Assembly: GCF_009914755.1 (NCBI RefSeq) | Contig: NC_060939.1 | Source: the human T2T-CHM13v2.0 reference genome, Homo sapiens | Reading direction: 5' to 3' (one strand) | DNA length: 64,000 bases | In this document: one piece after another, positions 37,310 through 51,036 of the stretch | How the letters are laid out: each line of letters opens with the position of its first letter | Numbering within the stretch: position 1 is the first letter of the stretch | The notes under the pieces: model-generated | What the model was told of the DNA's origin: nothing | The model's database searches: none | What the model saw: the letters and a program-made list of their open reading frames with translations, nothing else | Position numbers and translations under genes: made by a program

Positions 37310-37810
37310 TCCTGGCATTCAAGGCTGCCATCGCTATGGCCTCAGTCTAACTTTCCAGGCTGTTTCCCATTGGTATCCTCTGCACACGATGTTCCAACCA
37401 AAATATGCCATGAGCCACATATATGAAGTTCAAGACCAGCCTGGGCAACAGGGCGAGACCCAGTCTCTATTAAAAAATAAAAATAAAAAAAGAGTAAACC
37501 ACATGTGGTCAAACCATGCCCATGCTCTGCAACCTTCACACCTACTAGCTTTCCACAAAAGCTGTGCCTTTGCCTAGAATTTCCCTCCACCCTTGAAATT
37601 CTTCTCCCTTAGGGCCCAGCTTAAATGCCCTCTCCTCCAGGAAGCCTCTGAATTGTCCCCAAGCCCTTGAAACTCCCATAGTCCTCTATTGCTACCTCAT
37701 TGTGACATTTAGAACAGGTCTTGAGTTTCAGCCTCCACAGCTGTAGGGGAGTGTTCCCTTTTCTCTGTGTTCCAGGCTGCCCAGCCCAGGCCTGGCTCAT
37801 AGAAATCCCA
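37310..37810 (+). mobile_element. L2 fragment interrupted by a short 5'-truncated FLAM/Alu (37425-37491)
   Basis: CCTGGCATTCAAGGCT...GGGCCCAGCTTAAATGCCCTCTCCTCCAGGAAGCC; insert GAAGTTCAAGACCAGCCTGGGCAACAGGGCGAGACC plus A-tail. Confidence 0.7.
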
Positions 37811-37834
37811 CCAGGTAAAATACTTTGGCCCTAG

Positions 37835-38060
37835 GTAAGTCCTGGGTTTGATTCCCAGCTTTGTTGGGACTACTAGTCAGGGTTGATGCTGGGTAAATTA
37901 CCTAACCTATCTACTCAGCTATAAAATAGAAATATGAATCATGCCTTCATGGAGAAGGCATGATAGTAAAATGAGGCAGCGGGTACAATGTGCTTAACAT
38001 TCTGCTTGGCACCTATTAAGTGTTTAATATATCATAGCTCTTATTCGTGTTATTGATAAT
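37835..38060 (+). mobile_element. MIR SINE
   Basis: CCTGGGTTTGATTCCCAGCT...GGGTAAATTACCTAACCT...AATGTGCTTAACATTCTGCTTGGCACCTATTAAGTGTTTAATA. Confidence 0.75.
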
Positions 38061-38386
38061 AATAAAAGCAAACATTAAATGGATTGAAAGATAAAGTCAT
38101 AAAATCTAGAACTGGATGGCCTCTGCAGGTGTCTGGGCCACTGGCCCATCCTGCCCACCTGCCCACAGGCCCCTTTGCCCTGCTGTGCCTCCCTCACATT
38201 CTGGCCCCAAAATGGTTGCTCCTGGCTGCTCCCTGAACCCAGGCCTGCCAGAAACCCTCTCCTTTTCCTTTACCCTGTGTCTCCAGTAAAGATCACAGGC
38301 ATTTTAGGGGTCTGCAGTCTTCTTTGGGTTAAGAAGCAATGATCTGGTGCTAGCTCTCATTTTATGGGGAAGGAACCTGGCCTGGA

Positions 38387-38612
38387 GGGAAGGAGGTGTT
38401 TGCAAGGGAGGAGGTGCTCTCCAGGGAGGAGGTGCTCCCCAGGGAGGAGGTGATCACCAGGGAGAGGGTGCTCACCAGGGAGGGGGTGCTCACCATGGAG
38501 GAGGTGCTCCCCAGGGAGGAGGTGCTAACCAGGGAGGGGGTTGCTCACCAGAGAGGGGGTGCTCACCAGGGAGGAGGTGCTCCCCAGGGAGGAGGTGCTT
38601 GCCAGGGAGGAG
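38387..38612. repeat. G-rich minisatellite, 18-bp unit GGGAGGAGGTGCTC(C/A)CCA, about 12 copies
   Basis: Directly visible tandem units with variant positions; produces periodic ORFs (QGGGAP / REEVLP). Confidence 0.95.
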
Positions 38613-39986
38613 TCCTCGCTACCCCAGAGCCACGGCACTCAGACCAGCAGGGCTCTGCATTTTCCAGAGTGGCATTTCCCCCCTCTAGGTCTGGCACAGA
38701 TGTGGCTGCTGAGAGCCTGCCTCACTTATTCCTGTTTTCAAAGAACAATGACCCTTTCCTCATCCATATCTTTCTTAACAAATGTACTTGTCTGAGAGAA
38801 GCATAACTTCCAAGTCTTCCTTCCCTGAATTGGGAAGAGACTTCAAGGAGAGCAAACTTTCCGAGGACCAGCCCTGGGGTCGAGCCTGAAATAGAATTCC
38901 CAGCAGGTAGTCAGCCCCTTCCTTTCCATGGAGGGGTCAAAGCCTGCTCAGGGCTATGCTCACAGGAGCCCCTCTGGGAATGAGCAGGGCACTTCCCCTC
39001 CTAGGTGTTGGGGTGACCCCACAGATGGGAGGGAGAGGGCTGGAGGCAGCTAAGACTCTGGAGAGGTGTGTCAGGCTGGAGTCAACTCTGAGGAGCAGAG
39101 GCAGGGTGGGACAGCCTGAGCCAAACACCAGGGACAAAAGACGAATTTATGTGAGCCAGCCTCCTTTGAAAGCGAGGAAGCAGGGAGACAGGTCAGTTGA
39201 CAGCTATAGGAATACAGTAGAAGTCGGATTTCTCAAGAGCTTACAGTGAGCACCAGCTCCTCTAAACCTTGGAGCACCCCTAGGAGGGAGACTCTCATAT
39301 CATCCCCACTCCACCGTTGCAGTCAAGGCAAGACACTGGTTCCATTTCAAATACCACTCAGCTCCACTTGGGAAAGACAAATACTAAGTCTGAAATAACG
39401 AAAAGCTGCCCAAGTGTTTGGTTGAGAGTGGGACAGGAGATGGGGTTTGGGGACCAGGAACGGCTGCACAAGCCCAACCTGAAATGCTTACCCCTAGAGT
39501 CACTCCTTTGGGTTAAAGTGACCCAAGGATAATTGAAGGAGGTAAACAGGAGAGGGAAAGCAAGCTCTTCTAGTTGCTTACCAGGAAAGTGATGACCAGA
39601 CAAGCTGCCTGCCCTTGCCTAGCAGAGCTCTGGGACCCCCAGTTTAGGTCCAGGAACAAAAGGCAGGGTCTGGCTCCACAGAGTAGAGACTTCAAGAAAA
39701 ACCTGGAGAGGCTTCCCAACAGAGAGGACCTGGGCAGGTTTTCTTGTAAGCCAGTCAACCATCTAGCTTTTTTAACATCCCAAGGAATGCCCTTTATGAG
39801 CTTAGGATCAGCAGACAGGGTGAAGGTTAGAGCTGTCAGTTTACACGGTCCCCACAGGCTTTTACCGTGTATTGTACTATTTCAGCAGTGCCCCAATACA
39901 GGCAAAAGTTAATAAAGAAGCCAGATTTTAAGGGCAACCTTTTCCTCTGCTATGGCAGGCTGCATTTGAAGAAGTCTTGATCTTAG

Positions 39987-40458
39987 TATAGTAGGTTGAC
40001 TGCTTGAATGGCCCAGACAGTTTGCACACATCCACCCCATATCCACAGCCATTGCCCCAGGACTTTGCAGTTCCTCTCACTAAAGAGGGGGAGACTACTT
40101 CCCCACCCTTAAGTCTGGATTAGGCCAATAGAATGTTGCAGAAATGACATGACAGTGAGTCATTTTCCAGCGCGAGCCTCAGGGACTTTTTCCTCTATAA
40201 CCGGCATGAGAAGCTGCCCAAGGTAGGCTGCTGAGGATGAGGAGCAGAATCCATCACCCTGCTGCCCAGGTGGAGCCACACTAGCTCGGCCAAAAGCCAG
40301 CCAACCCCAGGCATGTTCAAGAACCCAGCCTAGAGGAGCAAAGCTGCTGGTCTACCTGCAGCTGAGCCCGCACATGCAAGCCATAGACAGTTATTATGTG
40401 CCTTTGAGGTTGTGTGGTTGTTTGGAATGCAGTGTTATGGTGGCAATAGGTAACATAC
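39987..40458 (+). mobile_element. MLT1 (H/I-like) MaLR solo LTR
   Basis: GACTTTGCAGTTCCTCTCACTAAAGAGG...GGCCAATAGAATGTTGCAGAAATGAC...TGTTATGGTGGCAATAGGTAAC. Confidence 0.75.
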
Positions 40459-41259
40459 GGTTAGTCCACTTATTTTCATCTGATAGTTGACCGTGAGTAG
40501 TTGTGTCCCTGACTGTCTTCCATCCCAAGTATAAATTTCTAAGAAAATGTAGCCAAAAAGTACTTGGAGAGAAAAAGCTATTTGTTGGCTTCTGAATTTT
40601 AAATTAAGGCTAAGATACATTTTCCCCATTCAGAGAAAATATATGACCTAAAGAATCAATTATTACACTTATTAAACATTTTTAAAATAAATCAATTGGA
40701 CTTCCAGCTCATCTCTGCTTTCTCTCAAAACTTTTACTTAAATTATAGTCAGGAAGTTTAAAGAAAGATAAACTCCAAAAAGAGATTGGGAGAATAAAAG
40801 AGAAGATGGCAAATGAGGTTTTAAGAAAATTTTGGGAAATAAGAAACAGAGGGACAACAGATGAATGACTTCCATTTCAGCTTTGTCTCTCTACAAGTAC
40901 CAGTAAGGGCTAAACTAGAAGAAGCAAGCCAATTTACGCATCAAAATTCTAGAAAGTCTCCGGAGTTGGAAACACCAGGCACTCCTGAAGGCAGTGGTGC
41001 TGGGAGAAGCGGAAAATGTAGATTTGGTGGGAAGTTGTGTTCAACCACAGTAACAGAGTAAACCAAGAGAGAGGAAAGATGGCATCCAAGAAATGGGAAC
41101 TCAAACGCAGGAGAGAGGCCCTCAAAATAAACAAACAAAAACTGCCAGGATGATGCTGGAGGGAGACCTACGGTGATAGCTGTGCATACAGTGGACTCGA
41201 AGAGCACCAGTCCAGATTGGAGCAGAAGATCAAGAGCTCTATAAGGGATGTCTCCATAG

Positions 41260-41617
<358 letters not shown>

Positions 41618-41619
41618 CT

Positions 41620-42191
41620 TTAGTCATATTTAGAAGAGCTTGACAATTCCTCTGAAGAATGTGGAGAGAAATTCCTGATAAAAGGCAATTATTAGCTGCA
41701 GGAAAAATTGAAATTGTAAAAGAAAGGAAATGTAATTATAATACATTGCGTGATTCAGCTGCAAACCATCTTCAACTTGTCATAATGGCATAAACACCAA
41801 ATATTGATGTTACCAAAGCTTGTGATAGAACTATATTGAGAAGGTAGGGGAGAAGAGTGTGTGCGCATGTGTGTGTAAGCTAAATTCTAATATGTGAAGC
41901 CAATAGATGATATATAAAATTGAAAAAAGTCAGAAAACAGAGGTAAAATTATATTAATCAAAATATGGATATGCATGTTCCGCACATGTATCCCAGAACT
42001 TAAAGTAAAATAAAAAAATATATATATATGGAGCTGAAAAATACAGAAAAAAAAGTAGTGAAAATGATTGCCTAAAGGAAGTAGGACTGGAGGCTGGGGA
42101 AGAGGATGGCAGGGAACTGCCTTCTTCCCCTGGAAGTATTGTAATATCAATAAGCTTTGTAGACAATATGCGCATATATAGATAAACAGGG

Positions 42192-42242
<51 letters not shown>

Positions 42243-42290
42243 CTGATAAAATCTTAAATTGTAAAAATCAATTGAGGTTCACATGTGCTA
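41620..42290 (+). mobile_element. Old L1M 3' fragment containing a ~45-bp L1PA tail (41972-42018) and a (TA)n run (42198-42238)
   Basis: TGCATGTTCCGCACATGTATCCCAGAACTTAAAGTAAAATAAAAAAA is an L1PA7/8-type terminus; the flanks are L1M-like. Confidence 0.6.
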
Positions 42291-43269
42291 AAATTACAGA
42301 ATGTAGTATATATTCATGAGGCAAATATTTATTAGCCACCTGCAGAAACAGTAGAGCAGGACACCTTTCCCACCTCCACAGCTCACCACCTAGTTGGGAA
42401 AACAGGCCTACTAAGTGACCATGTCCCTGTAGCACACACGAGTGCTCTGACAGGGCAGGGACGGCATGTGGCAATGGCACTGAGCAAAGAAAGCTCCACA
42501 GAGGCGGTGATGGTACTCCTGGGGATTTTTTTCCTTCTACTTACCTGCCTCTTAACAACAGAGAACTTAAGATCTTCTTTTCAGCTGCATCGCCTTCTTA
42601 ACACATCTCATACAAAAGTAAGGGATGATTCTCATTCTCATCATTGTCACAGTGTCTCCGTGTCAACAGGCTAAACAGCTCTCTAACACTAAGAAGCATT
42701 CAAAAGTGGAGAGCTAGTGAGTTCCCAGGCACAGGGGTGTTCAGGCTGAGCCTCTGAGGTCAGCAGATATTTATCACGAAGCCTAGGAAAAGGAGGGTGG
42801 TGGGTACTTCCTGGATGAGAGACTGGACTCATGGACCCCAGGGGCCTCCCGTGGACGGCGGGGAGCCCACGCAGCACACGGATCAGCCTGCGCTCTGCCA
42901 TCCCTGACAGCCCCAGTAGGATCACAGGGTGAGACAGCAGCTCCTGCCCAGCAGCCCTGACCCAGAACAATGGCAGGTCTGGTTCAACATCTCAAAGCTG
43001 TGCTGTGGTTCATTTTGAAATCAGACATCCTCCAATCGATCCCTCCTGGAGAGCTGTCAGGCTGGCTGCTTCCTGGTGTCAGCTGAGAGGAGGGAAGCAA
43101 TTCATTTGTTGGGTCTGACTGCGGCTAAATGAAATCAAAGACAGAGAGGGCACCTTCTGCCAAGAAAGGAAGCCTTTTACTCAGGGCAGCCACAAAGAAC
43201 CATAGACAAGAGGTGGCATGGAGGTGGGAGGGCAGTGAAGGAAGATTGGGACCCGGGAATTCTCAAAGC

Positions 43270-43610
43270 TATCCCTCCTCATTTCACAGATGGGGAAACC
43301 AAGGCACAGAGAGAGGAGTCCATTTCCTCAAGTTCACACAGTGGGTTAGGGAAAGTCTGCAACCTACAGTGATAAGACCTAGCATTTATAGAGGGCTGAT
43401 AGTGCGCTAAGCATTTGCTATTCATCACTTCACATAACCTTTCCAAAACGATGAGGTAAGGATCCTCATCTCTTACACGAGATATGCATTTTAAAGATGA
43501 AGAAACTGAGTTAGTAGTCCAATATCGCAAACCTCTAAAATGTGGGAGGCTGTGACTTGAACTCCACCTAATTTCTAAGCTCTGAATCTTAACCACTGAG
43601 CAACACTACC
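43270..43610 (-). mobile_element. Two adjacent MIR SINEs
   Basis: CATTTCACAGATGGGGAAACCAAGGCACAGAGAG and CATTTTAAAGATGAAGAAACTGAG...GACTTGAACTC. Confidence 0.75.
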
Positions 43611-44449
43611 CCTTGGAGATAGAACTAGGGTCCCTGTTCCAGATCAGAGCCTGGCCCACTGCCCTTCGATGCACAATTGTGCCCAAGCCCTGGCAGTGCT
43701 CTCCTGCTGTGGGGTTTACCTATTTTCCCTTCACCTGCCTCTCTTTGTCTATATATTTCCTTCTCTGAGGGCATCAGCATCTCCATCTCTGTCTCTCCCT
43801 ATGTCTCTTTATCGCTGTTTCTCTGTGTCTATGGAAGTGCTTATCTTTACTCTGGTGTGCATGTCTCCGAGTGTGAATGTGGATCTGTCTGTTGCTCTCT
43901 GAATAGCTGAGGAATGGAATTCCACAGTGGGTGGACGGATGGATGGATGGATGATGGATGAATGGGGGACAGCCTCCATCCACAAATGACAGACATGGTA
44001 ATGAGCGAGCATCTCCCAGCCCAAGTACCTCTGGCAGCCAAGTCTCCCAGAGCCATTGATCTGTCTCCCCCTCTAATGCCCTCTCTCCCCAAGGCCTGCA
44101 TATTCCATTTCCATCTTAACCCAAAGCTCCTTCCCCAGGGCTTGGTGGCTTGTATCCAGTTTTATTGTTGATACAGATCTTTAACTGCCCTGGGCTTATA
44201 ACTGACATTTAAATTACTCTGCAAACAATGAGTCAATATTTATGGATTCCTGGACCAATGCATTTGCCAAACCTGGTGTCCTGAGTTTCTCCCAGGCCAA
44301 AGGGGCATATGAGTCAAGGTCAAGGCTTCTTCTGGTTAAAAAATGGGGAAACCAGGTCTGCCTCTAAGCAAAGGTCTCTGATTAAAATAGAACTGTGTAC
44401 CCCTCAGACTATCTAACTGGACCAAGGTGATTCCCCATTGAAAATTCAA

Positions 44450-44830
44450 ATCACTTCACGCACACTTAGGAGGCATTTCCTATATGTGCAGAGCACCACG
44501 TTAAGCCTGTATGAGCAACAAGGTTGAATCAAATCAGGTCCCCATCTTTGAAGTGTTCTCACAGTAGGAGGAGACAGAGGCACACATAGGCAACTATGAG
44601 CAATCCAAACACAGTCCGTGACGATAAAAAGAAGGGAAAAGTAATTCTAATAAATGGAACTTCTCAGAGGGCTCCCTAGAGGAGAACGTACATTCCAGGA
44701 GGGGAAAACAGCCAGGACCAACAAGGACCTGGAGATACTGAACAGGTTTTTAAGGGTGGGAAAAAAGTTTCGTGGGAAAATGTCATAAAAAAGTAAACTG
44801 AGCCCTGATCCTGGAAAGACCTGGATAACG
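44450..44830 (-). mobile_element. L2 fragment
   Basis: CATTTCCTATATGTGCAGAGCACC...CCCCATCTTTGAAGTGTTCTCACAGTAGGAGGAGACAG...CTGAGCCCTGATCCTGGAAGAC. Confidence 0.6.
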
Positions 44831-45481
44831 AAGCTGAGGCATGTGGCTTTCCTTCTGCAGGCAAAGAGGTGCCACCAAAGGTCTTTGAGCCAGGGAGGCA
44901 CCCCAAAAGAACTGTGGTCTCTGGAGCGCTTTGGAAGCAGTGGGAAGTGGGGCCTTATGCTGGTAATGGTTAGGGGTTGGCCACTGCGGCACGCAAACAT
45001 GGAATTCCAGCATTCCCAGCCTCGCCCCCCAGGGCACAGCAGGAGGGCTGGGCCGGTTTTTTCTCCATCTTTTAAGTGTGGCCCTCGCCTGCCTCAAGAA
45101 AAACAACAAAAATGAGACTGATGTTTCTGGGGCCTCTTTGGAGCTCTGAGTTATGGAGGTAGCCTTAATAGTGGAGGCCAAACCATTTATCATGCCGATG
45201 AATTTAAGCTCTGGTTCCAGGAAAAAAGACAAGCAATCTCTTGTCCCTGCATCAGCACTGACATACATTCCCAGGCAGCCAATTTATTTGTCCAGCTGCC
45301 CTCAGAGGCTCAACTTTAGAGCTAGGTGAGCTAAAGCCTCCCCGGTGGCATGTCTCCCGGTGCCAGGCTCAGTCTGGGAGTTTGGTGAGGGAGGATGAGC
45401 TCCTGGAATTTGGGGAGGTCATTGCAGGATCTGGAGGAGTGACAAGGTACTTCTGGAGGGGCAGCAGGGAATGCTCCCCAG

Positions 45482-45690
45482 CAGGGCCAATTTATTCTTT
45501 AGGCACAGTCAGCACAGTGCCCAGGGCCACCATGCATTCAGGGGTCCGTGAAAATGTTTTAATTGCTTTTAAAATCAGAAGATAATGAATATAATCTAGC
45601 TTGCATTAGGTTCATCTTTATACCAATGCAGATATACATATATGGAGGAAGGGGCCCATGAAGGCAAAAGGCCCAGAGCCCATGACCCAG
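45482..45690. mobile_element. hAT-Tip100 DNA transposon (Zaphod/MER115-like MITE)
   Basis: CAGGGCC terminus, AGGCACAGTCAGCACAGTGCCCAGGGCC...GAAAATGTTTTAATT...GGAAGGGGCCCATGAAGGCAAAAG. Subfamily uncertain. Confidence 0.65.
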
Positions 45691-46349
45691 GCACTCAGTA
45701 TCAAGGTCTCTCAGTAAGAATAGAAAAAGCCAGGCAGCGCTAGGGCCAAATCCCACTTCCATTATGCATTGGGTCTAATTCCCTGTCTACACCTCAGTTT
45801 CCTCCTCTATGAAATGGGCTAGTGCTCTGAACCTTACAGGCAGGTAGAGAAGGCTGGGGGTATGTACAGTGCCTGGCAGAAAAGCACTAGTACCCAAAAT
45901 TGTTACCCATTTGCCCAGTTCAATGTTCCCTCCTCCCTGGGAAGTTTCCTGACCGTGCCAAACGTCCTGTTACCTCCTCCTGAATGTCTGGGGTTCAGTG
46001 GTAAGGAGACCCCAGGAGCCTCAGCTTATCTCTGCAGTTCCCTGCTAGGCTAGATCCAGGTCACACCCACTAGGTGCTGGGTGTGGAGAGGCCATCCATG
46101 CCAAAGCAGGCTGTCACCAGTGTGAGGCCAGGGGCCACACACACATCATTCTCTTTCCCATGGCATTTGGCTCAGAGCTACACCCAGGAGCTACTCAGTA
46201 ACCATTAGTTGGTTGAAAATCTCTAAATTTGGAGTTGAGATTCCTTGTGGTTTTCTGTTTTTGCCTATGCTTTCAACTCTAACAATTGCCGTTCATTGGT
46301 TCATTCCAACTCCCCATTGGCTGCATGCTTGGGTCCTGCTAAACTTGCC

Positions 46350-46760
46350 AAGCTCAACTTGCCCCACTCTCCCTCCTCCTCCTTGCAAAGGCCACACATG
46401 AACCTCTGGGCCCTGGCACGTGCTGTCCTCTGCTCCAGGAATGTCCTTCCACCCCGTGTTTGCATGGCAGATTCCTCATCCTTCAGGAGTCATTTAGACA
46501 TCACCTGCACAGGGAGGACTTCCCTGACCACCTTCCTACAGTAGGTCCTTCCACTGTCTCTTTTATCACTGAAACTGACCAATTTCTTCATGGCACTTAA
46601 CGTTAAGTTTTCTTGTCTCATCTCTCAACCCATGTAAGTCCCTTGAGAACCTTGGCCAATTTAAATCATTACTGTGTTACATAACACCTAGCACAGGGCC
46701 AGACACTCCGAAATACTTGTTAAATGAATACATGAGTTGATGAATAAATTAATTATCTTA
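46350..46760 (+). mobile_element. L2 3' portion
   Basis: CTCTGGGCCCTGGCACGTGCTGTCCTCTGCTCCAGGAATG...CCTAGCACAGGGCCAGACAC...AAATACTTGTTAAATGAATA. Confidence 0.8.
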
Positions 46761-47176
46761 TTTAAAAGATATCACGTGCTCACTCTATACTGCATAGGCA
46801 CTGAGGGGCCGTTGAAGGTTTCTGTCCCAGAATCTGCACCGTGTGTTAGCCAGGTGCCTTCTACTGCCTGTGCATGAGGAGCTGGGATGGCCAGGGCGGG
46901 AGACTGTGGCCACCCAATGCGCCTCATTCAAGGAGCTGCTCCTGCAGGAGGGGATGTCAGTTATGTTGAGAGTCACCCGGACGGCCTTGTGACCTCCTCT
47001 GAGTTGCTGCTGCACCCTGCCCACACAGGGCAGGGGAGGCGGGAGCACAGGAGGCCAGGGTAGGGGGCTGGGGGGAGGAGGGGATTGGGCAGAAAACACC
47101 TGGCACAACACCCCGGCCTTAGAAACCAATGCAGCACTTGGCCGCTGCGCCTTCTGCCTACATGGGCTGTCAGCTA

Positions 47177-47395
47177 GTGTGTGTGTGCATGTGGGTGTAT
47201 GTGTGTGAATATGCGTGCAAATATAAACATGTGAGTGGGAATGTGTGTTTGTGGGTGGCTATGTGTGAATAAATGTGTGTGAATGTGTTGACGAGTGTGT
47301 GAATGGATACATGTGGCTGTGCGTGTGCAGATGGACTGTGTGAATGTGTGTGAGTGTGCGAGCGTGAGTGTGTGACAGAGTGAGTGTGAGTGTGC
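47177..47395. repeat. Degenerate (TG)n-rich simple repeat
   Basis: About 220 bp of alternating TG/TA/CG with GAA interruptions. Confidence 0.9.
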
Positions 47396-47479
47396 GCTCG
47401 ACTGGCCCCAGCTGGGCCCCTCCCTCCCTCTCTCCCTCCCTCTCTCCCTCCTCTCTGGAAGGAAGCTGCGGGGAAGGGG

Positions 47480-47700
47480 CCAGATGGTCTCCCCTGACCT
47501 GCTATTTATCATCCCGGCAAAAGCTTATTCAGTTTAATGCTGTTCGGCAATTCATTTAAGGGCTCTGTTTGTTTCTGCTGATGAGGACTGTTAATTTGCA
47601 CAGCGGTCTCATTAGGCCTAAACCACCAATTAATTCCTTTTGTTCTCATTAAATGGCTGATTCCTAAACATTTCGTGGGCAACAATAGGCTGCCCAGCCA
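47480..47700. promoter_or_regulatory. Candidate conserved enhancer (homeodomain/POU/SOX/FOX motif cluster)
   Basis: AT-rich island in GC-rich flanks: CAGATG, TGTTTGTTT, TTAATTTGCA, CTCATTA x2, CAATTAATT, CCTTTTGTT, AACAAT. Confidence 0.5.
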
Positions 47701-48689
47701 AGCCACCACCCCAGGCAGCAGCGGGTGGGGGGTGGGGGGAAGGCGTGGACTGGGGGCATGGCCTGGGGCAGGTATCCATGGGGGCTCTCTTGGCCCCCAG
47801 GCCCCTGGCATGACCACTCCAGCCAAGCGCTGTAAACTGCTCTGTAAACCCTCGGGACCCGCCAATCATAGCCCCGCCCAAAATCCAGACCCCTAACACC
47901 ATTGCCCGGAAGGGTCCAGGCAGCCCAGCGGAACAAGTCCGCAGTGTGGAGCTCTGAGCACCTGGCTCCCCAGGGCCTTTCAGGCAGGCTGAGGCTCAGG
48001 GCCTGCTCTCCCTGCCGGGTGTGCTGGGCAAGCACTTGGGGAGCCCTTGATGCTTCTCAGCAGTGTTGAGCCAAGTGCCTTTGTCTGATGGAGACGTCAG
48101 GCCAGCCCACTGCTTCCTTAGATGCAGGTGCCATGGAGTCCCAGGGAGCAGAGAATGTGGAAGTGGTCCTCAGGCTTCACAGAACTGAGAGCTGGAGACC
48201 CGGCTGCCCTAGCAAGCACATCACCCCTACTCAACCCCTCCTGGAGCTCAGCTTTCTCTTCTGGAAAAGGAGGGAGTTGGGCCACCAGCAAGATGCTTAT
48301 TTTGAGAGGCGCTGAGCGGTTTATTCAAGTGCAGCGTCTCACAGATGCCCAGTACAGACTGTGCATAAAAGCAGAGGTGCTCCAGCCGGAATCCTGCGCA
48401 TTTTCAGTCTCCGCTTGCAAGGTTCCCTCAAAGAGGGGCACCTCAGCTCCCATAAGGGCACCTGGGTGCAGGGTGTGGGCACCTCTGGACTAGCTGTTCT
48501 CTGAGTGGGGGATCCCTGCCTTTAAGGAACCTGCCTGGGCCTCCCACCCACTCTCTCCTCTGTTCAGGGCAGCTCCATGGTTGCTGGCCCTGCCTACCGT
48601 CACCGGCATCACAGGAAGACCGAGAGAATGAGATAAGGCCCAGGAAGCCCCATGAAAAATTCCAATGAGGAATAGCCTGGCCTACACCA

Positions 48690-48885
48690 GGGTTTGCATC
48701 CGACTCCACCACTGCCTGGCCATTTCTTAACTTTTAGATTTCCTCATCAGTGAAATGGAAATAATACAAGCACCTCCCTCCTAGTGATGACGTGAGAATT
48801 AAGTGAGTCAATACCAAAGTGCTTGACAGAGTTCCCGGCACATGGTAATTGCTCCAATAACTGTTGGATAATAGATACTCCTTAT
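48690..48885 (+). mobile_element. MIR SINE
   Basis: TTTCCTCATCAGTGAAATGGAAATAATAC...GTGAGAATTAAGTGAGTCAATA...GGCACATGGTAATTGCTCCAATAA. Confidence 0.85.
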
Positions 48886-49197
48886 CAGTATTAAGCGGAC
48901 AATGCCTTGCCCTGCCTCCTTTCCCAGCCTCACCCCCACACCCCTTCTGAACACCCCTCCTCACTCACTCCAGCCTGCCAACCTGCATTCAGCTCCCCCT
49001 CCCCTGGCCTTCTCTAGTGAGTTCCTCATACCTGGTATGCCCTCACCCCCACATAAAGTTACCAGATTTAGCAAATAAAAATATAGGAGGCTAGGTGAAT
49101 TTGTATTTCGGATAAACCACAAATAATTTCTTAGTATAAGTATGCTCCAAATACTACATGAGCTATACTTATACTAAAATTATATGTAGTTTATCTA

Positions 49198-49891
<694 letters not shown>

Positions 49892-50450
49892 TTAACTGAG
49901 CATCCTGTATTTTATCTAGCAGCCCTACCCCAAGCCCATGAGTCGGTGAACTTGTACTCATCCTTCCACACTCAAGTCAAGCATCGCCTCCTCCAGGAAG
50001 CCTTCCCTAATCTCCAGTTAATGTAGCCATCCCTTGTCAGTGCTCCTTCAACTCGCTAGGCTGGCTGACCTCAACCCAGCTCTGATCACTACTTTTCCCC
50101 ATGCTCTGTGATTCATGATCCACATGCCCATCCCTCCATCTAGATTTTGAGCTCCTGGGGTGGAGTAGAGGGTGTTTTATTTGGCTGAGAGTGGGTAAGG
50201 CAACTAGTGCACCCTTCCCTAAACTTGTTTACCATGGGGCCTCCCCTCTCCTTCTTCCTCCTCAGCAGGCGCTATGCTCAGATGAGGAACTCTTTCCTGT
50301 CTCTACCACCAGACTAGGAACAACAGCAGGAGGTGGGGACTGGGACAGAGATTGCTAGTTGCCACCCATCAAGTTCATTCTCTCTTCTTCAGTAGTAACA
50401 AAGCCCTGCCTGGGACAGCATTGCGTTGTGCCTAAAGACTACATTTTCCT

Positions 50451-50748
<298 letters not shown>

Positions 50749-51036
50749 AAAGCCTACATTTCCAAGCCTTCCTTGCAGCTAGGCAAAGCCAAATAAAGTG
50801 ATGGCCAGTGAGATGCATATGGAGTATTGTGTGGAAATCCAGGAGGTCTGGGAGATGTTGCCTTTGTCCTTCCTCTTTCCTCTTTTCTGCTGCTGGGAAT
50901 GCAGATGTGCTGACTGGAGCTCCAGCAGCCATCTTGCACCATGAGCTAATCTTGAGACTGGTAAAGCAAAAGAAGCCTGGCCTAGATTACTTTGTGGAGT
51001 CACCATTTCAGCCCTTTACTGTATAGTGTCAAGTAC

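Noticed and set aside
38347-38806. Gly/Gln/His-rich ORF superficially like prion-type or glycine-rich repeat proteins
   Set aside because: Several overlapping frames stay open only because of the 18-bp VNTR. They start at non-ATG codons, and I see no promoter or exon context.
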